Below are positions 9,964 to 20,237 of a stretch of 64,000 bases of DNA, piece after piece. Location: NCBI GenBank assembly GCA_965246885.1, contig OZ251992.1, forward strand, positions 1,856,001-1,920,000, written 5' to 3'. The notes beneath the pieces are model-generated. The model did not search any database. It had not been told where the DNA came from and saw only the letters and a program-made list of their open reading frames with translations. The stretch comes from Abditibacterium sp. GTDB taxonomy: Bacteria > Armatimonadota > Abditibacteriia > Abditibacteriales > Abditibacteriaceae. The translations under genes were made by a program, and so were the position numbers. The number at the start of each line of letters is the position of its first letter. Position 1 is the first letter of the stretch.

Positions 9964-10971
9964 TTACGGACAGGCCGCGCCACTACGACAGTGGTTGACC
10001 AAGAATTCTCCGGGGTCTCCGGGGGTTGGCGTCCAACCAACCCGAACCGGTACGTGCGCTTTGACGTGGCCATCCACATACAAGTAGTTGTTCATCCCGG
10101 TGTGCCAAGGGTTTGCCCCTGCATTTTGGCACGTCTCCCCAAAGACGTTGGTCGGGTCAATCCACGCAGTGCAAGCCGCCGATGTGACATAATAACCGCC
10201 AACGGTCTTCCAGTCTCCGTTGCGCCCCACGTATCCGTTGTAAAAGCCGTTCTTTGTCAACGACGTTTGAGCGGGAATCCCCTCATAAAGTAGATTTGTC
10301 GCGGCGGGTTCGCTGATAGCTGCCGCCGAGATGCCACTGGGCAAAGCGCCGAGGTTGTTGCTGGTCGCCGAAGTTCCACACGATGACGTCGGGTAAGGAG
10401 ACGAGAAGCTATTGCACGCATCTACATCGGTAACTGGATTTTTAGAGGGGTCGGGAATGAAGGTGGCGCCCGATGCTTTAACGGGTTGGCCCGCAGCGCG
10501 CAAGTAGTTGTTCATTCCATAAGAGCGGGGAAACTTGTAGAAATAGCTGCCCAACCCCTGAATCGGCATGCCGGTCGCATCGAACTTCGCTTGCGTCGTG
10601 GCTGATGCTCCAAATGTTGGCTTGAGGCCTGACCCGAAGTCGGAGCAAACGAAGACTTGTTGCGAAGAGGTGCCGCGATTCTTTAGATAAACGTCGAGCA
10701 CTTTCGAGTTGCCATTAGCGTCCACATCGTCCCAAGCAGGGAGTCCGCCTGTTCCGCCCGGTGCAGGATACTTCTCATCGTAGTCCTGCGAATATTGCTG
10801 AAAAGCTAACCCCAACTGCTTGAGGTTGGATTGACACGAAGCCTGTCGCGCTTTCTCGCGTGCTTGTGAAAAAGCCGGGAAGAGGATGGCAGCCAGCAAA
10901 GCGATGATGGCGATAACTACTAACAATTCTATCAAAGTAAATGCGCGGCGCGCTGGATACGTATTTTGCAT
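9964..10971 (-). CDS. Prepilin-type N-terminal cleavage/methylation protein, DUF1559 with H-X9-DG motif
   Basis: [44 protein letters not shown]-terminal [15 protein letters not shown]. Confidence 0.92.
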   Translation of the reverse strand: MQNTYPARRAFTLIELLVVIAIIALLAAILFPAFSQAREKARQASCQSNLKQLGLAFQQYSQDYDEKYPAPGGTGGLPAWDDVDANGNSKVLDVYLKNRGTSSQQVFVCSDFGSGLKPTFGASATTQAKFDATGMPIQGLGSYFYKFPRSYGMNNYLRAAGQPVKASGATFIPDPSKNPVTDVDACNSFSSPYPTSSCGTSATSNNLGALPSGISAAAISEPAATNLLYEGIPAQTSLTKNGFYNGYVGRNGDWKTVGGYYVTSAACTAWIDPTNVFGETCQNAGANPWHTGMNNYLYVDGHVKAHVPVRVGWTPTPGDPGEFLVNHCRSGAACP

Positions 10972-11079
10972 AATTGTTGTGTCGAATGCTTATTAGCAAA
11001 GGCAATTGCCCGCCTGCAACACCCAACCCTCTAAATTATGCATCTGGGAGGATTCCCATAGGTTAAGGTTTCTTTATGT

Positions 11080-12069
11080 TTAGGTTAATTCTTGGCCTGT
11101 CAGCCCAAAGGCGTCGTCTCTGAGCCAATCTCCAGAGGCTGTCGATGATCGAGAGACGGCGGGCGAAGGCTGGCGGACGGCGGCGGAGCAATAGCGGACG
11201 TCTGCCGAACGGTGACGGGCGACGGTGAAGCGGCGGCGGTAGTCGCGCGGCGAAACGCCGAAGTGGGCGCGGAAGCGGCGGGCGAAAAAGTTGGCGTCGC
11301 CGTAGCCCACCCGCAGGGCAACGCGGGCAATGGATTCGTCACCGCCCAATAGTAACCCCGCCGCGCGCTCCATGCGCTCGCGCAGGAGATATTCCATCGG
11401 AGGAATTCCCAGCGCCCGTTTGAATTCGCGCGATAAATGTTCGCCCGATACGTGCGAGCGGCGGCTCAGTTCGCCCAATGTCCACGCGCGCTCCGATTCG
11501 TTGGAAAGCAGCGCCGCCGTCGTTGCTACGGCGGGGTGAGGCGCCCGCGTCGGGTTGGCTTCGAGTGGGCAACCGCGCCATAATTCGCATAGCAGGAGGA
11601 GGGTATGCGCGACGCTTTCAGTGCGGTGCGAGGCCGCGACCGCCCGCCGCCATAGGGTCAAGATCGTCTCTAAGCGCGCTTCCTCGATTTGCCAGACCTC
11701 CTCGCCGCGCCATGACGGAAAGCGCCAGCTTTGCACCCGCGCGCCCAACGCTGCATCGCAACCCAACGCCGACAGTTCGCGCCCCCCGAACGCCTCGCTC
11801 CAGCACACGTTGTAAACGCTGAGCGCAACGCACTCCCGATAAGCGTGCCAAGCGCGCGGACGCAGGAAAAGGACGCTGCCCCGTTCCAAGCGCGATTCGC
11901 CGCTTCCGGTTGAGTGGCACCCGGTTCCGCTTTCGATAATCGCCAACTCCCAAAAATCGTGATCGTGCGAAAAGAGCGAGCCATCCAACTGCGCGCTGTT
12001 CAAGTGCAAACCGAACGCGGGGGCGAAGGTCTCACGTCCTGATAGATGCCCCTCAACGGCTTCATTCAT
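11080..12069 (-). CDS. AraC-family transcriptional regulator (cupin plus double HTH)
   Basis: HDHDFWE cupin, HLSREFKRALG, VGYGDANFFARRFRAHFGVSP. Confidence 0.92.
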   Translation of the reverse strand: MNEAVEGHLSGRETFAPAFGLHLNSAQLDGSLFSHDHDFWELAIIESGTGCHSTGSGESRLERGSVLFLRPRAWHAYRECVALSVYNVCWSEAFGGRELSALGCDAALGARVQSWRFPSWRGEEVWQIEEARLETILTLWRRAVAASHRTESVAHTLLLLCELWRGCPLEANPTRAPHPAVATTAALLSNESERAWTLGELSRRSHVSGEHLSREFKRALGIPPMEYLLRERMERAAGLLLGGDESIARVALRVGYGDANFFARRFRAHFGVSPRDYRRRFTVARHRSADVRYCSAAVRQPSPAVSRSSTASGDWLRDDAFGLTGQELT

Positions 12070-12162
12070 CGCTCCCAGTCTGCCCGCTTTATCAAGGGCA
12101 TGCTACTTTTGCGCGCGTCGCGTCACCGTTTCGCGGCGGCAGATGCCGCACACTGAAACGCC

Positions 12163-12963
12163 ATGACACCTGTCCAACATTCGTCCACCTTGCTCGATGC
12201 CCCCGACGCGCCAGTCGAGCCGACCGCCGATGCGCTTCCTTCGGAACTCGTTGAGTTCTACCAGTCCAACGGCTTTGTCCGCGTGCGCGGCTTGGTCGAG
12301 CGCGAGCGCGCCTTGGAACTGGGCCGCGCCGCGAGCGACTTTGCAGAGCACGGCCCAACCAATGGGCAGAGCGCGATTTTTAAGCAACTGGTGAACGTGT
12401 GGACGCAGAACGAAGCACTACGTTCTTTGACGCTCGACCCGCGCATGGGACGCATTGCCGAGCGGCTGGCGGGTGCCGAGTTGCGCTTGTGGCACGACCA
12501 CCTACTTATCAAAGCCCCGCACAACGGCGCGGCAACGCACTTCCACCAAGACCAACCGTACTGGCCGCACGCCAACTCCTCGCACCCCCTTTCGGTGTGG
12601 ATTGCCTTGTGCGATGTGCCCGTCGAGCGCGGTTGCATGACGTTTATCCCCGGCTCGCACGAGCGCACCGACCTCCCCGCACAGAACCTCGCCAGCGCGT
12701 CCAGCCTCTTCGAGATTTGCCCGGACTTGACGTGGGCACCGCGCGTCACGCTCCCGCTTCGCGCGGGCGATTGCACCTTTCATCACGGGCGTTGCGCGCA
12801 CATGGCCACGCCCAATCTCACCGACGAACCCCGCGTCGCGCACGTTGTGATTTGGATGGACGCTGCCACGACCTACACCGGCGCCCCGCACGTCGTGACG
12901 CAACCGCTCGGTTTGACCGTCGGGCAGGTCATTGAAGGCGAGCTATTCCCGCGCGTCGGATAG
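12163..12963 (+). CDS. Phytanoyl-CoA dioxygenase family (Fe/2-oxoglutarate) protein
   Basis: FYQSNGF, HFHQDQPYW (HxD), WIAL, GCMTFIPGSH, distal His in 'HMATPN'. Confidence 0.88.
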   Translation: MTPVQHSSTLLDAPDAPVEPTADALPSELVEFYQSNGFVRVRGLVERERALELGRAASDFAEHGPTNGQSAIFKQLVNVWTQNEALRSLTLDPRMGRIAERLAGAELRLWHDHLLIKAPHNGAATHFHQDQPYWPHANSSHPLSVWIALCDVPVERGCMTFIPGSHERTDLPAQNLASASSLFEICPDLTWAPRVTLPLRAGDCTFHHGRCAHMATPNLTDEPRVAHVVIWMDAATTYTGAPHVVTQPLGLTVGQVIEGELFPRVG

Positions 12964-13371
12964 GGGCGGCTTAGCCAACAAGCGCCGTGCGACAACCTCG
13001 GCGGCGAAGTCGTCAACCGGGCAGGGCGGGGCTTGAGCCGATAAGGGCACCAAGCGGCGCCAACCGCGTGGCGGGTTGACCCCGAAATACAGGGCGCGCG
13101 CTTCGAGAGTAGAGTTCTTTTCGTCCACCAGTTCAACAGAGATGGCCCAACCGCGCTCAAATATAAGCGCTTCGATGAGCGCGCGAGCAGTTTGGGAGGA
13201 AGTCGAGTCGCCCAAAGCGATGCGGGTGATGGGCCAACGCGCGGCGGCGTCTTCGATGGACTGCGCGAGGGCCGTCGTTGCGACGACGGCGCGGAAATGC
13301 ACTTTTCCTTCCGTGTCTACGACGGCCAGCCCGGTCTTGTCGCGGCCCGGATCAACGCCCAAGACGGTCAC
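12943..13371 (-). CDS. YqgF/RuvX-like RNase H-fold nuclease
   Basis: VLGVDPGRDKTGLA, VDEKNSTLEAR, PVDDFAA. Confidence 0.85.
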   Translation of the reverse strand: MTVLGVDPGRDKTGLAVVDTEGKVHFRAVVATTALAQSIEDAAARWPITRIALGDSTSSQTARALIEALIFERGWAISVELVDEKNSTLEARALYFGVNPPRGWRRLVPLSAQAPPCPVDDFAAEVVARRLLAKPPLSDARE

Positions 13372-14981
13372 GCCACATCCCCCACTACAAAGCGCACTTG
13401 GAGAGGCTCGGCGGAGTCCAAGTCGCGCGCTGCCACCACCCGAACCGTCACCGGATGCCCCACCTTTTGCACTTGCCGCAAGGCATCGAAGAGTTTTTGG
13501 CCGGTATCGCCGTCGAAGAAGTTCTGCTCTTCTGAGGACAATGGCGGCGAAGCCCCATTCTTAACGGCGCTGAGTCGGGCGTCATCCACGAGGCGCTGCA
13601 AATCGCCAAAGATGGCCGACTCGCTTTTGCGCGCGTCAATGGGCGCTTGAGTAATGATCTGGCGGGCGCTGTAGATGGTGCGAATGGGCACGAACACGAA
13701 GCGCGCAGCGACGACGGTAGTGGTCGCGGGGTAGTTGAAGGCCGACACGAGGCGGGCCGACACCGTTTGGTTGGCCGAAGAAAGCGCGCGGGCATAGACC
13801 TGCACCGTCTCGTCTTCGCTTAGTTCTATGGAGCGCCCCGTCGCTGGGTCGGCGAAGGGTGCGCCGACGACGAACTTAGCGCCCGGCACGAAGCCGTCTT
13901 TGTCGCCAACGGCCACGCGAGCGGCATCAATAAGGATGCGAAGCTGACGCACGATTTCTTCGGGGTGGTTAGTGGCATCGAAGCGGCGCTCGGCGAGCGT
14001 TTTGTCTACGGGCACACGGATGTCGCTAAACGCCAAGCCTTCGGCCAGTTCTCCGTATTGGGTGGCGGCAAGTTGCGCCTGCCCCACGTCGTCGTGGAGC
14101 GCTTTGACCTGTTTTTGTAAGCTGTTGCGCGCTGCCCGCGCCGCGTTCACTTCTTTTTGCGCTTGTGCGACTTCGCGGTAGGAGGCGGCAACTTCGCGGT
14201 AAGACTTTTCCAATTTCGCTTGCGTGCTTCCCAACTTCAAGTTCACTATCGCCAAGCGCACGTTGGCTTCGTTCAAGCGCGCTTGGCCCTGCGCGAGGCG
14301 GGCTTGCGTGCGTTGTAGCGCGAGTTGCGCTTTTTGGAGGGCGCCCTGCGCAACCTGCTCTTGGGTGCGGGCCGCGATTGCCGCAAGGCGGGCGCGCCCC
14401 TCGTTTGCCAAAGCGACTTGGGCGCCGTGCCGCGCGTTTTGCTCGCCGCGCCGCGCCACTTGTTCACCGAGTTGCGCGCGTTGGAGGTTGCGTTGCGCGC
14501 TTTGAAAGGCGCTTTGGGCTTGTTGGGCGGCGCTTTGGAAACGTCTCGCTTCGGTTTGAGACTGTTGGGCTTGAGCGCGCGCCGTCTGCGCTTGACCGCG
14601 AAACGCGGCGACGCTGGCTTGGGCGGTAGTCGCCGCGCTTTGCGCTTGGGCGCGGCGCTCGTCGGCGCGGCGGGTGCCCTCTTGGGAAAGGCGCAGTTTT
14701 TCCGCTGCCTCTTGCGTATCACGGGCAAAGCGGGCGCGCTCCGCATCGTAGCGGAAGAGTGCATGGCGAAGCGGCGCCACTGCCGCCAAGAGCGCCGCGA
14801 GCGTGAAGATCATTATCACCCAACTGGAAGCGACCGTGAGCAGGGTGGCCGACGTGCGCGGGCGCAGGCCGAAGACGGACACGCGCTTTTTGCCCAGTTT
14901 CTTGCCCAGATTATCCGACCAATGCGCGATAAAAGCCGTCGCCAGAAGCAACGCAACGAATAGCGCCAAAGGTGTCAGCAT
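13368..14981 (-). CDS. DUF3084 coiled-coil membrane protein
   Basis: DNLGKKLGKKRVSVFGLRPRTSA between two TM helices, followed by a long Ala/Gln coiled coil. Confidence 0.85.
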   Translation of the reverse strand: MLTPLALFVALLLATAFIAHWSDNLGKKLGKKRVSVFGLRPRTSATLLTVASSWVIMIFTLAALLAAVAPLRHALFRYDAERARFARDTQEAAEKLRLSQEGTRRADERRAQAQSAATTAQASVAAFRGQAQTARAQAQQSQTEARRFQSAAQQAQSAFQSAQRNLQRAQLGEQVARRGEQNARHGAQVALANEGRARLAAIAARTQEQVAQGALQKAQLALQRTQARLAQGQARLNEANVRLAIVNLKLGSTQAKLEKSYREVAASYREVAQAQKEVNAARAARNSLQKQVKALHDDVGQAQLAATQYGELAEGLAFSDIRVPVDKTLAERRFDATNHPEEIVRQLRILIDAARVAVGDKDGFVPGAKFVVGAPFADPATGRSIELSEDETVQVYARALSSANQTVSARLVSAFNYPATTTVVAARFVFVPIRTIYSARQIITQAPIDARKSESAIFGDLQRLVDDARLSAVKNGASPPLSSEEQNFFDGDTGQKLFDALRQVQKVGHPVTVRVVAARDLDSAEPLQVRFVVGDVA

Positions 14982-15026
14982 GGTGGGTGGCTTCTCTTCA
15001 GACGCGCGAAGGGCGCGCGGTTTCCG

Positions 15027-16277
15027 TCAACTCTTCTGCGCGATGAGTAGAGCGCCCAGCCCCGTCAGAATGAGGAAGGGCAGATACGCGGCAAGGATGG
15101 GCGCCGGGAAGCCGCCTTTGCCCCACTGCGTCACGAGCGTCCAGACGATGTAGTAGCTCAGTAGCACCATCAGCGACAAGCCCAGTGCCAAACCCGCCGA
15201 CGCGGTGCGTTGCGGGCGGATGCCAAGCGGCGCGCCAATGAGGAGCATGGCGAACACCACAAGCGGCGTCGCCAACTTGTCGTGGATGCCAAACGTCGCC
15301 GCGCGCACTTCCGATTCGAGGAAGCCTATTTTCTTCGTGTTGCGCGGGTCGTCGCGCCGCGTTTGACTGGCGCGGGTGGCGAGCGTGGCGCGGTAAGCCG
15401 CCAACTCTTGCATGGAGACCATCTCGAAGTTATGGAGCGCCAACTGCCCCGGCAGGTCGCGCCCGTCTTTGTTTAGCTGAGCGGGGTCAAGCGAGAACTG
15501 CGTTTTGAAGCTCTGCTCGTCGAACTGCATCACGCTGTAGCCGCCCGTTAGCCCGTTCCTGTCCTTACCCGGTGCCGGTTCGCGCGTGGTGCGACCGCGC
15601 ACGAAGACCCACTCGCCCCGTGCTTTGTCCCAGCGCGCGCTTTGGGCGGTGATGTGAAGCGCCGAGCCGTCGGGGTCATACAAGCGGATGTCGGGGCGCG
15701 TTAGCACCAAGTTCTTCTGGTCGAAGTCGTCGGCTTGCACTAACTGCTCGACTTTGCCAGTCGCCGAGTTCTTGCCCACGATCGGGAATATCTGCGACGC
15801 CTTGGCGTTTTTGAGCATGGATACCTGAAGCGCGCCGCGCCGCAGTTCGCACTGGGGCGCCACTTTCTCTTGCAACCAGAACGCGATGCCCGCGAGGACA
15901 ACTGCCGCCACGAGCGGGGCGCGCAACATGCGGCGCAGGCTCATCCCGCCCGCCATGAGGGCCGTCAGTTCGCCGCGCGACGACATCTCCGTAAACGTCG
16001 AGACCGTGCCAAACAGAAACGACGACGGAATGGTGAACACGATGATGCGCGGCATCTGCAACAGCATGAACTCGAACAACACGCCGAGCGGCATCTTTTG
16101 CGACGCCACCTTTTGCGCGCCCGACACAAGCACGAAGGCCATGAACAGCCCAACAAACCACGTCAGCCCGCGCAAAAAGCCGCCCACCACGTTGGATTCG
16201 AGATACCCATCGGCGAGCGGCCACATCCCGCGCCGCGTGCGGATGGGCGACTCCTTGAAAGAACGTGTGCGCGGCAT
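15027..16277 (-). CDS. LptF/LptG family LPS export permease
   Basis: SRGELTALMAGGMS, periplasmic jelly-roll ('ITAQSARWD'), LIGAPLGIRPQR; follows lptB. Start approximate. Confidence 0.88.
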   Translation of the reverse strand: MPRTRSFKESPIRTRRGMWPLADGYLESNVVGGFLRGLTWFVGLFMAFVLVSGAQKVASQKMPLGVLFEFMLLQMPRIIVFTIPSSFLFGTVSTFTEMSSRGELTALMAGGMSLRRMLRAPLVAAVVLAGIAFWLQEKVAPQCELRRGALQVSMLKNAKASQIFPIVGKNSATGKVEQLVQADDFDQKNLVLTRPDIRLYDPDGSALHITAQSARWDKARGEWVFVRGRTTREPAPGKDRNGLTGGYSVMQFDEQSFKTQFSLDPAQLNKDGRDLPGQLALHNFEMVSMQELAAYRATLATRASQTRRDDPRNTKKIGFLESEVRAATFGIHDKLATPLVVFAMLLIGAPLGIRPQRTASAGLALGLSLMVLLSYYIVWTLVTQWGKGGFPAPILAAYLPFLILTGLGALLIAQKS

Positions 16278-16287
16278 GGACTGGGGA

Positions 16288-17034
16288 TTAGAGGGAGCGG
16301 CCAATTTTTTCACCGAAATACACCTCCCGCGCGCGCTCGTTGCCGAGCAGTTCATCGGGCGAGCCGGACACCAAGATGCGCCCTTCAAAGAGTATCAGCC
16401 CCCGGTCAATCACTTCGAGGGTGTTCTTCTCGTTGTGGTCGGTAATCAGCACGCCGATGCCCAGCGTCTTCAGATTCGCCACGATGTTTTGAATTTCCTC
16501 CTTCTGTATCGGGTCAATGCCAGAGAACGGCTCGTCCAACAGGATGAACTGCGGACTGGACGCCAAGACGCGCGCAATCTCGGTGCGCCGCCGCTCGCCG
16601 CCCGACAGGGCCATGCCGAGCGCCTTGCGACGCGCCACTAAGTCGAAGTTATGCAAAAGCTCTTCGCAGCGCGCCTGACGGGCGGCGCCCGTCATCGGCA
16701 TCAGTTGCAAGATGGCCATGATGTTCTCCTCGACGGACAGCTTGCGGAACACGCTCGCATCCTGCGCGAGGTATCCGATGCCCGCGCGCGCCCTGCCGTG
16801 CATCGGCCAGCGCGTCACGTCCGTCGTGCCTAACTCCACCTTACCCGCGTTGGGTTTAATCAGCCCCATGATCATATAGAAGAGCGTCGTTTTGCCCGCT
16901 CCGTTGGGGCCGAGCAAGCCGACGACCTCGCCGCGCCGCACTTCGAGCGAAACATCGTTCACGACGAGCCGCTCGCCATATTTCTTGACGAGGTGGCTGG
17001 CGGTGATTTGCGCGGGGCCTTCAAGGGGGGGCAT
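16288..17034 (-). CDS. lptB: LPS export ABC transporter ATP-binding protein
   Basis: GPNGAGKT, GIGYLAQDASVFRKLSV, LSGGERRR, LLDEPFSGIDP, ITDHN. Confidence 0.95.
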   Translation of the reverse strand: MPPLEGPAQITASHLVKKYGERLVVNDVSLEVRRGEVVGLLGPNGAGKTTLFYMIMGLIKPNAGKVELGTTDVTRWPMHGRARAGIGYLAQDASVFRKLSVEENIMAILQLMPMTGAARQARCEELLHNFDLVARRKALGMALSGGERRRTEIARVLASSPQFILLDEPFSGIDPIQKEEIQNIVANLKTLGIGVLITDHNEKNTLEVIDRGLILFEGRILVSGSPDELLGNERAREVYFGEKIGRSL

Positions 17035-17037
17035 GGC

Positions 17038-18060
17038 TTAAAACTCGAACCCCGGAGCATTGATTTGGACGGGGGCGCCCGTGACTTCGACGTTGAGGCC
17101 GCTTTGCGCGCTACCTGCGGTGGGGGCGTAGGCGATGGTGGCTTGCTCGCCGGAGAACTTGTAGTCTTGCGGGCCGCTCGCGGTTTGCAAGCGGTAGAAG
17201 CCTTTCACGTCGCCGGAAAACGTCGCTTTACCCGTTGCGCGGTCGAAAGTGGCGCCGTTGCTGGTCACTTCGACGTGCGTGGGGGTGCCGAACTGGTTGG
17301 GCTTGGTGGCGGCGGCAGGGTCGGGCGGCAGGTCGTATTTGACGACGGTTTTGCCCTTAGTCGTGAGCGTGGAAAGCGTCCCGTCGCTCCCGCGCGCGAT
17401 GATGAAGGTAGGCGCCGCGAGGTCGAAAGCGTTGGTGCCGCCGACGGATTGGGCGCGGGCGTCGCCCGTAAAGGTGGCGTTGCCACTGCTTTGATCCACT
17501 TGTCCGCGCTTGGCGGATACGCGCAGTTCGCCCAAGGCGTCGGCGCGTCCGAAGGTTTCGGCGGGGATTTGCAAGGTCGGGTTTTGCACGTCCGCTTGGA
17601 AGTTGCCTGCTGTGAAGGACAAGTCGGCGCGGTTGCCGGAGAGGGTGTTTTTGCCGCCGTCGCCGATTTGGTAGAAGCCGCTCAGGTTGCCGATGAGTTG
17701 CAGGGTGCGGGCACTCGTCGTGAGGGTGGCGGAGTCGGACTTGGCTTCGACGTAGGTTTTAGGGGCTTTGTCGGTCGCGGCGATGTTGAGCTTGAGGGCG
17801 ACGCCGCCTCCGGCGCGCACCTGCGAGATGGTGCGGGCGCCCAAGTCGAAGGCGATGACGGGCGCGACGACCGACAGTTGCGGCGAGTTGATGCGCGCGG
17901 GGTTTTGGGCGGTGCCTTCCAAGCGGATACCGTTTTGGCGGGCGACGACTTTGGGAGCGGAATACGTGAACGCACCGGTCGCGGGCGCGGCCTTGGTTTG
18001 GGCGCGCGCGCCGGGGGCAAGGAGCAGAAGCAAGACGAGCAGGAAAACAATTCTGGGCAT
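17038..18060 (-). CDS. LptA/OstA-like periplasmic protein (duplicated beta-jellyroll)
   Basis: Signal peptide, repeated beta-rich units (ATFTGD/ATFSGD); directly upstream of lptB. Confidence 0.7.
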   Translation of the reverse strand: MPRIVFLLVLLLLLAPGARAQTKAAPATGAFTYSAPKVVARQNGIRLEGTAQNPARINSPQLSVVAPVIAFDLGARTISQVRAGGGVALKLNIAATDKAPKTYVEAKSDSATLTTSARTLQLIGNLSGFYQIGDGGKNTLSGNRADLSFTAGNFQADVQNPTLQIPAETFGRADALGELRVSAKRGQVDQSSGNATFTGDARAQSVGGTNAFDLAAPTFIIARGSDGTLSTLTTKGKTVVKYDLPPDPAAATKPNQFGTPTHVEVTSNGATFDRATGKATFSGDVKGFYRLQTASGPQDYKFSGEQATIAYAPTAGSAQSGLNVEVTGAPVQINAPGFEF

Positions 18061-18175
18061 AAAGGAAGCGTTGGGGAAGCAGTTTGACGGACGCTCGGCG
18101 CCGGGGCACGGCGCGGCGTTTAGAGTTGTCGGGGAGTGGCAAGCTCAAGGGGGAGGGGCGACACTAACGGGCACG

Positions 18176-20212
18176 ATGAACCCCATCTTCCGGCGGGAGT
18201 TTCTGGCGCGCTGGCGCGACTGGCGGTCGCACTTGCTGCTGCTGGGCTTGGCGCTTCTGCTGAGCCTGACGGCGTTTCTGGTGTATCGCTTTGCGCTGCA
18301 AGACGCGCCGATGAACTACCGGGTTTATCCGCCGCGCCCGATTGTGGAGTCGTTGGCGACGCGGGCGTCGCGGGCGGGGCACACGCTGTTCACGTGGCTG
18401 GCGTGCGGCAACGTCGCCGTTTGGTTTCTGCTCGCGCCGCTTTTGTGCGCGACGGGGATCGCGCGCGAGCGGGAGCGCGGGCTGTTGGAGGGGTTGCAAC
18501 TGTCGCCGATGTCGCCGCGCTCGCAGGTGTGGGCGCGGGCGCTATCGGCGATGCTTTATCTGGCGGCATTGCAACTGGTGACGCTGCCGATTTACTTCGT
18601 GGCGTTCTCGTTTGGCGGGGTGTCGGAAGGGGAAATCGGTCGCGCGTGGTTGGTAGTGGCGGCGACGGCGTGGTGCGGAGTGGGGTTGGGGCTGTCGTTG
18701 TCGGCGGCGGCGTATCGGCCATCGGGCGCGCTGTTTGGGGCGGTGGCGCTGGTGTTTGGGTGGACGGTAGCGGCGGTGCTGGGGTTTAGTGGCATGGCGG
18801 GGCCTTGGGGGATGCTCAGTTTGGGGGTGTGGACAAGGCCGCTCGCGTTCGTGTTGTTCTGTTCGCATCCGGCGATGGTAGCGGGCGCGGTGTGCGACTC
18901 GACGTTCGCCGGTTACTTTAGCGTGGTCAGTCCAACCAGTTACGGGCCGCCGTTTTGGACGTTCGACCGCGTGTTTCCGCTTTGTGTGGCGGGATGTTTC
19001 GCGGCGGGCGCGCTTGGCCTGTGGAAGACGACGCGCGAGGTGACGCGCGCCTTCGAGCCGTCGGGGTGGGCGGGGCGTAACCCGTTGGTCGAAGGGTGGA
19101 AGAAGCGGCGCGCGGCGCGGCTGGAATCGCGGCGAGCGCGGGCGCGGACGCGCATGAGCGTCGAGGGCGCGCTACTGGCCGACTTGCCCTTCGACAAGTG
19201 GATTCGCTTCAAGAACCCGCTCCTGAACCGCGAGGTGAGAAGCCGCTTTCGCTTGCGGCGCACGAGCGCGCCGCTGTGGTTCGGGCGCGGCGTGTTGGCT
19301 TTGTTGGCGGCGAGCGCGTGGTTGCGGGCGGTGGATGCGCTCCTTGACCCGCCCGGACGGGTGGCGGGCGCGGCGTTTCTGCTGTGGACGGAGTGGCTAC
19401 TGGGCGCGGCGCTTGTCGGGACGTGGGCGGCGTCGGGATACGCGCGCGAGCGCGAAGCGGGAACATGGGAAGGCTTGCGCTTGTCGCTGCTGGGAAGCGG
19501 CGCCATCGCGCGCACCAAGTGGGCGTCGCCGCTTCTCGCCTTTGCGCTCCTGACCATCCCCTTGTGGGGGCTGTTGCTCGCTTTTGCGCACGTCGGGAAC
19601 TGGAGCGGCGTGCCGATAGCGGTGCTGTTGGCGGGGGCGCTGGTCGTCGCGACGTCGCTGGGGGTCATCAGCGCGCTGGGCAACTGGGTATCGCTGCGCG
19701 CCCGCAACACCACCACCGCGACCTGCTGGACGCTGGGGCTGTTGCTGGGCGGTTTCGCTATCGCGCCGCCCCTGTTGGATGAGGTGGGCGTAAGCGACTG
19801 GTGCGTGCGGCACATTACCGGTGTGCCGAGACCAAGCGACTACGTTGGCAGTGGCCAAGACTATCAGTGGCGACAATTCCCAGAGGTTCTCGCGCGCTAC
19901 GAGTGGGAGACTGGAAGCAAGGCTCCCCCCCTCCAGCCACCTCACCCGCTCACTCACGCAGGAATACTGTCTTTTGCGGAAAAGAATAAGCGTTTTAGCG
20001 CGTGGTGCGAAACAAAAGGGGCGCAAGTGGCGGATGTCGGCGTTTCGTTGAAGGCTTGGAACCCCCTTTCTGTGCTGTACCGCTTCGAGAACCAACCCGA
20101 CAAGGACGATGATTACGTGCGACTGGCCCTCACGCATGCCGTCTTGTGCGCCGTTGCCATCGCGCTCCTCCTCGGAAGCACAGTGCGGCGGCTAAAGGGG
20201 CGGCTGGACTAA
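18176..20212 (+). CDS. ABC-2-type permease-like membrane protein with two tandem permease modules
   Basis: NPIFRREF and IARERERGLLEGLQLSP; second module NPLLNREVRSRFR and AREREAGTWEGLRLS. Confidence 0.8.
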   Translation: MNPIFRREFLARWRDWRSHLLLLGLALLLSLTAFLVYRFALQDAPMNYRVYPPRPIVESLATRASRAGHTLFTWLACGNVAVWFLLAPLLCATGIARERERGLLEGLQLSPMSPRSQVWARALSAMLYLAALQLVTLPIYFVAFSFGGVSEGEIGRAWLVVAATAWCGVGLGLSLSAAAYRPSGALFGAVALVFGWTVAAVLGFSGMAGPWGMLSLGVWTRPLAFVLFCSHPAMVAGAVCDSTFAGYFSVVSPTSYGPPFWTFDRVFPLCVAGCFAAGALGLWKTTREVTRAFEPSGWAGRNPLVEGWKKRRAARLESRRARARTRMSVEGALLADLPFDKWIRFKNPLLNREVRSRFRLRRTSAPLWFGRGVLALLAASAWLRAVDALLDPPGRVAGAAFLLWTEWLLGAALVGTWAASGYAREREAGTWEGLRLSLLGSGAIARTKWASPLLAFALLTIPLWGLLLAFAHVGNWSGVPIAVLLAGALVVATSLGVISALGNWVSLRARNTTTATCWTLGLLLGGFAIAPPLLDEVGVSDWCVRHITGVPRPSDYVGSGQDYQWRQFPEVLARYEWETGSKAPPLQPPHPLTHAGILSFAEKNKRFSAWCETKGAQVADVGVSLKAWNPLSVLYRFENQPDKDDDYVRLALTHAVLCAVAIALLLGSTVRRLKGRLD

Positions 20213-20237
20213 GGCGGGGGCGCACACTATAACCCCG

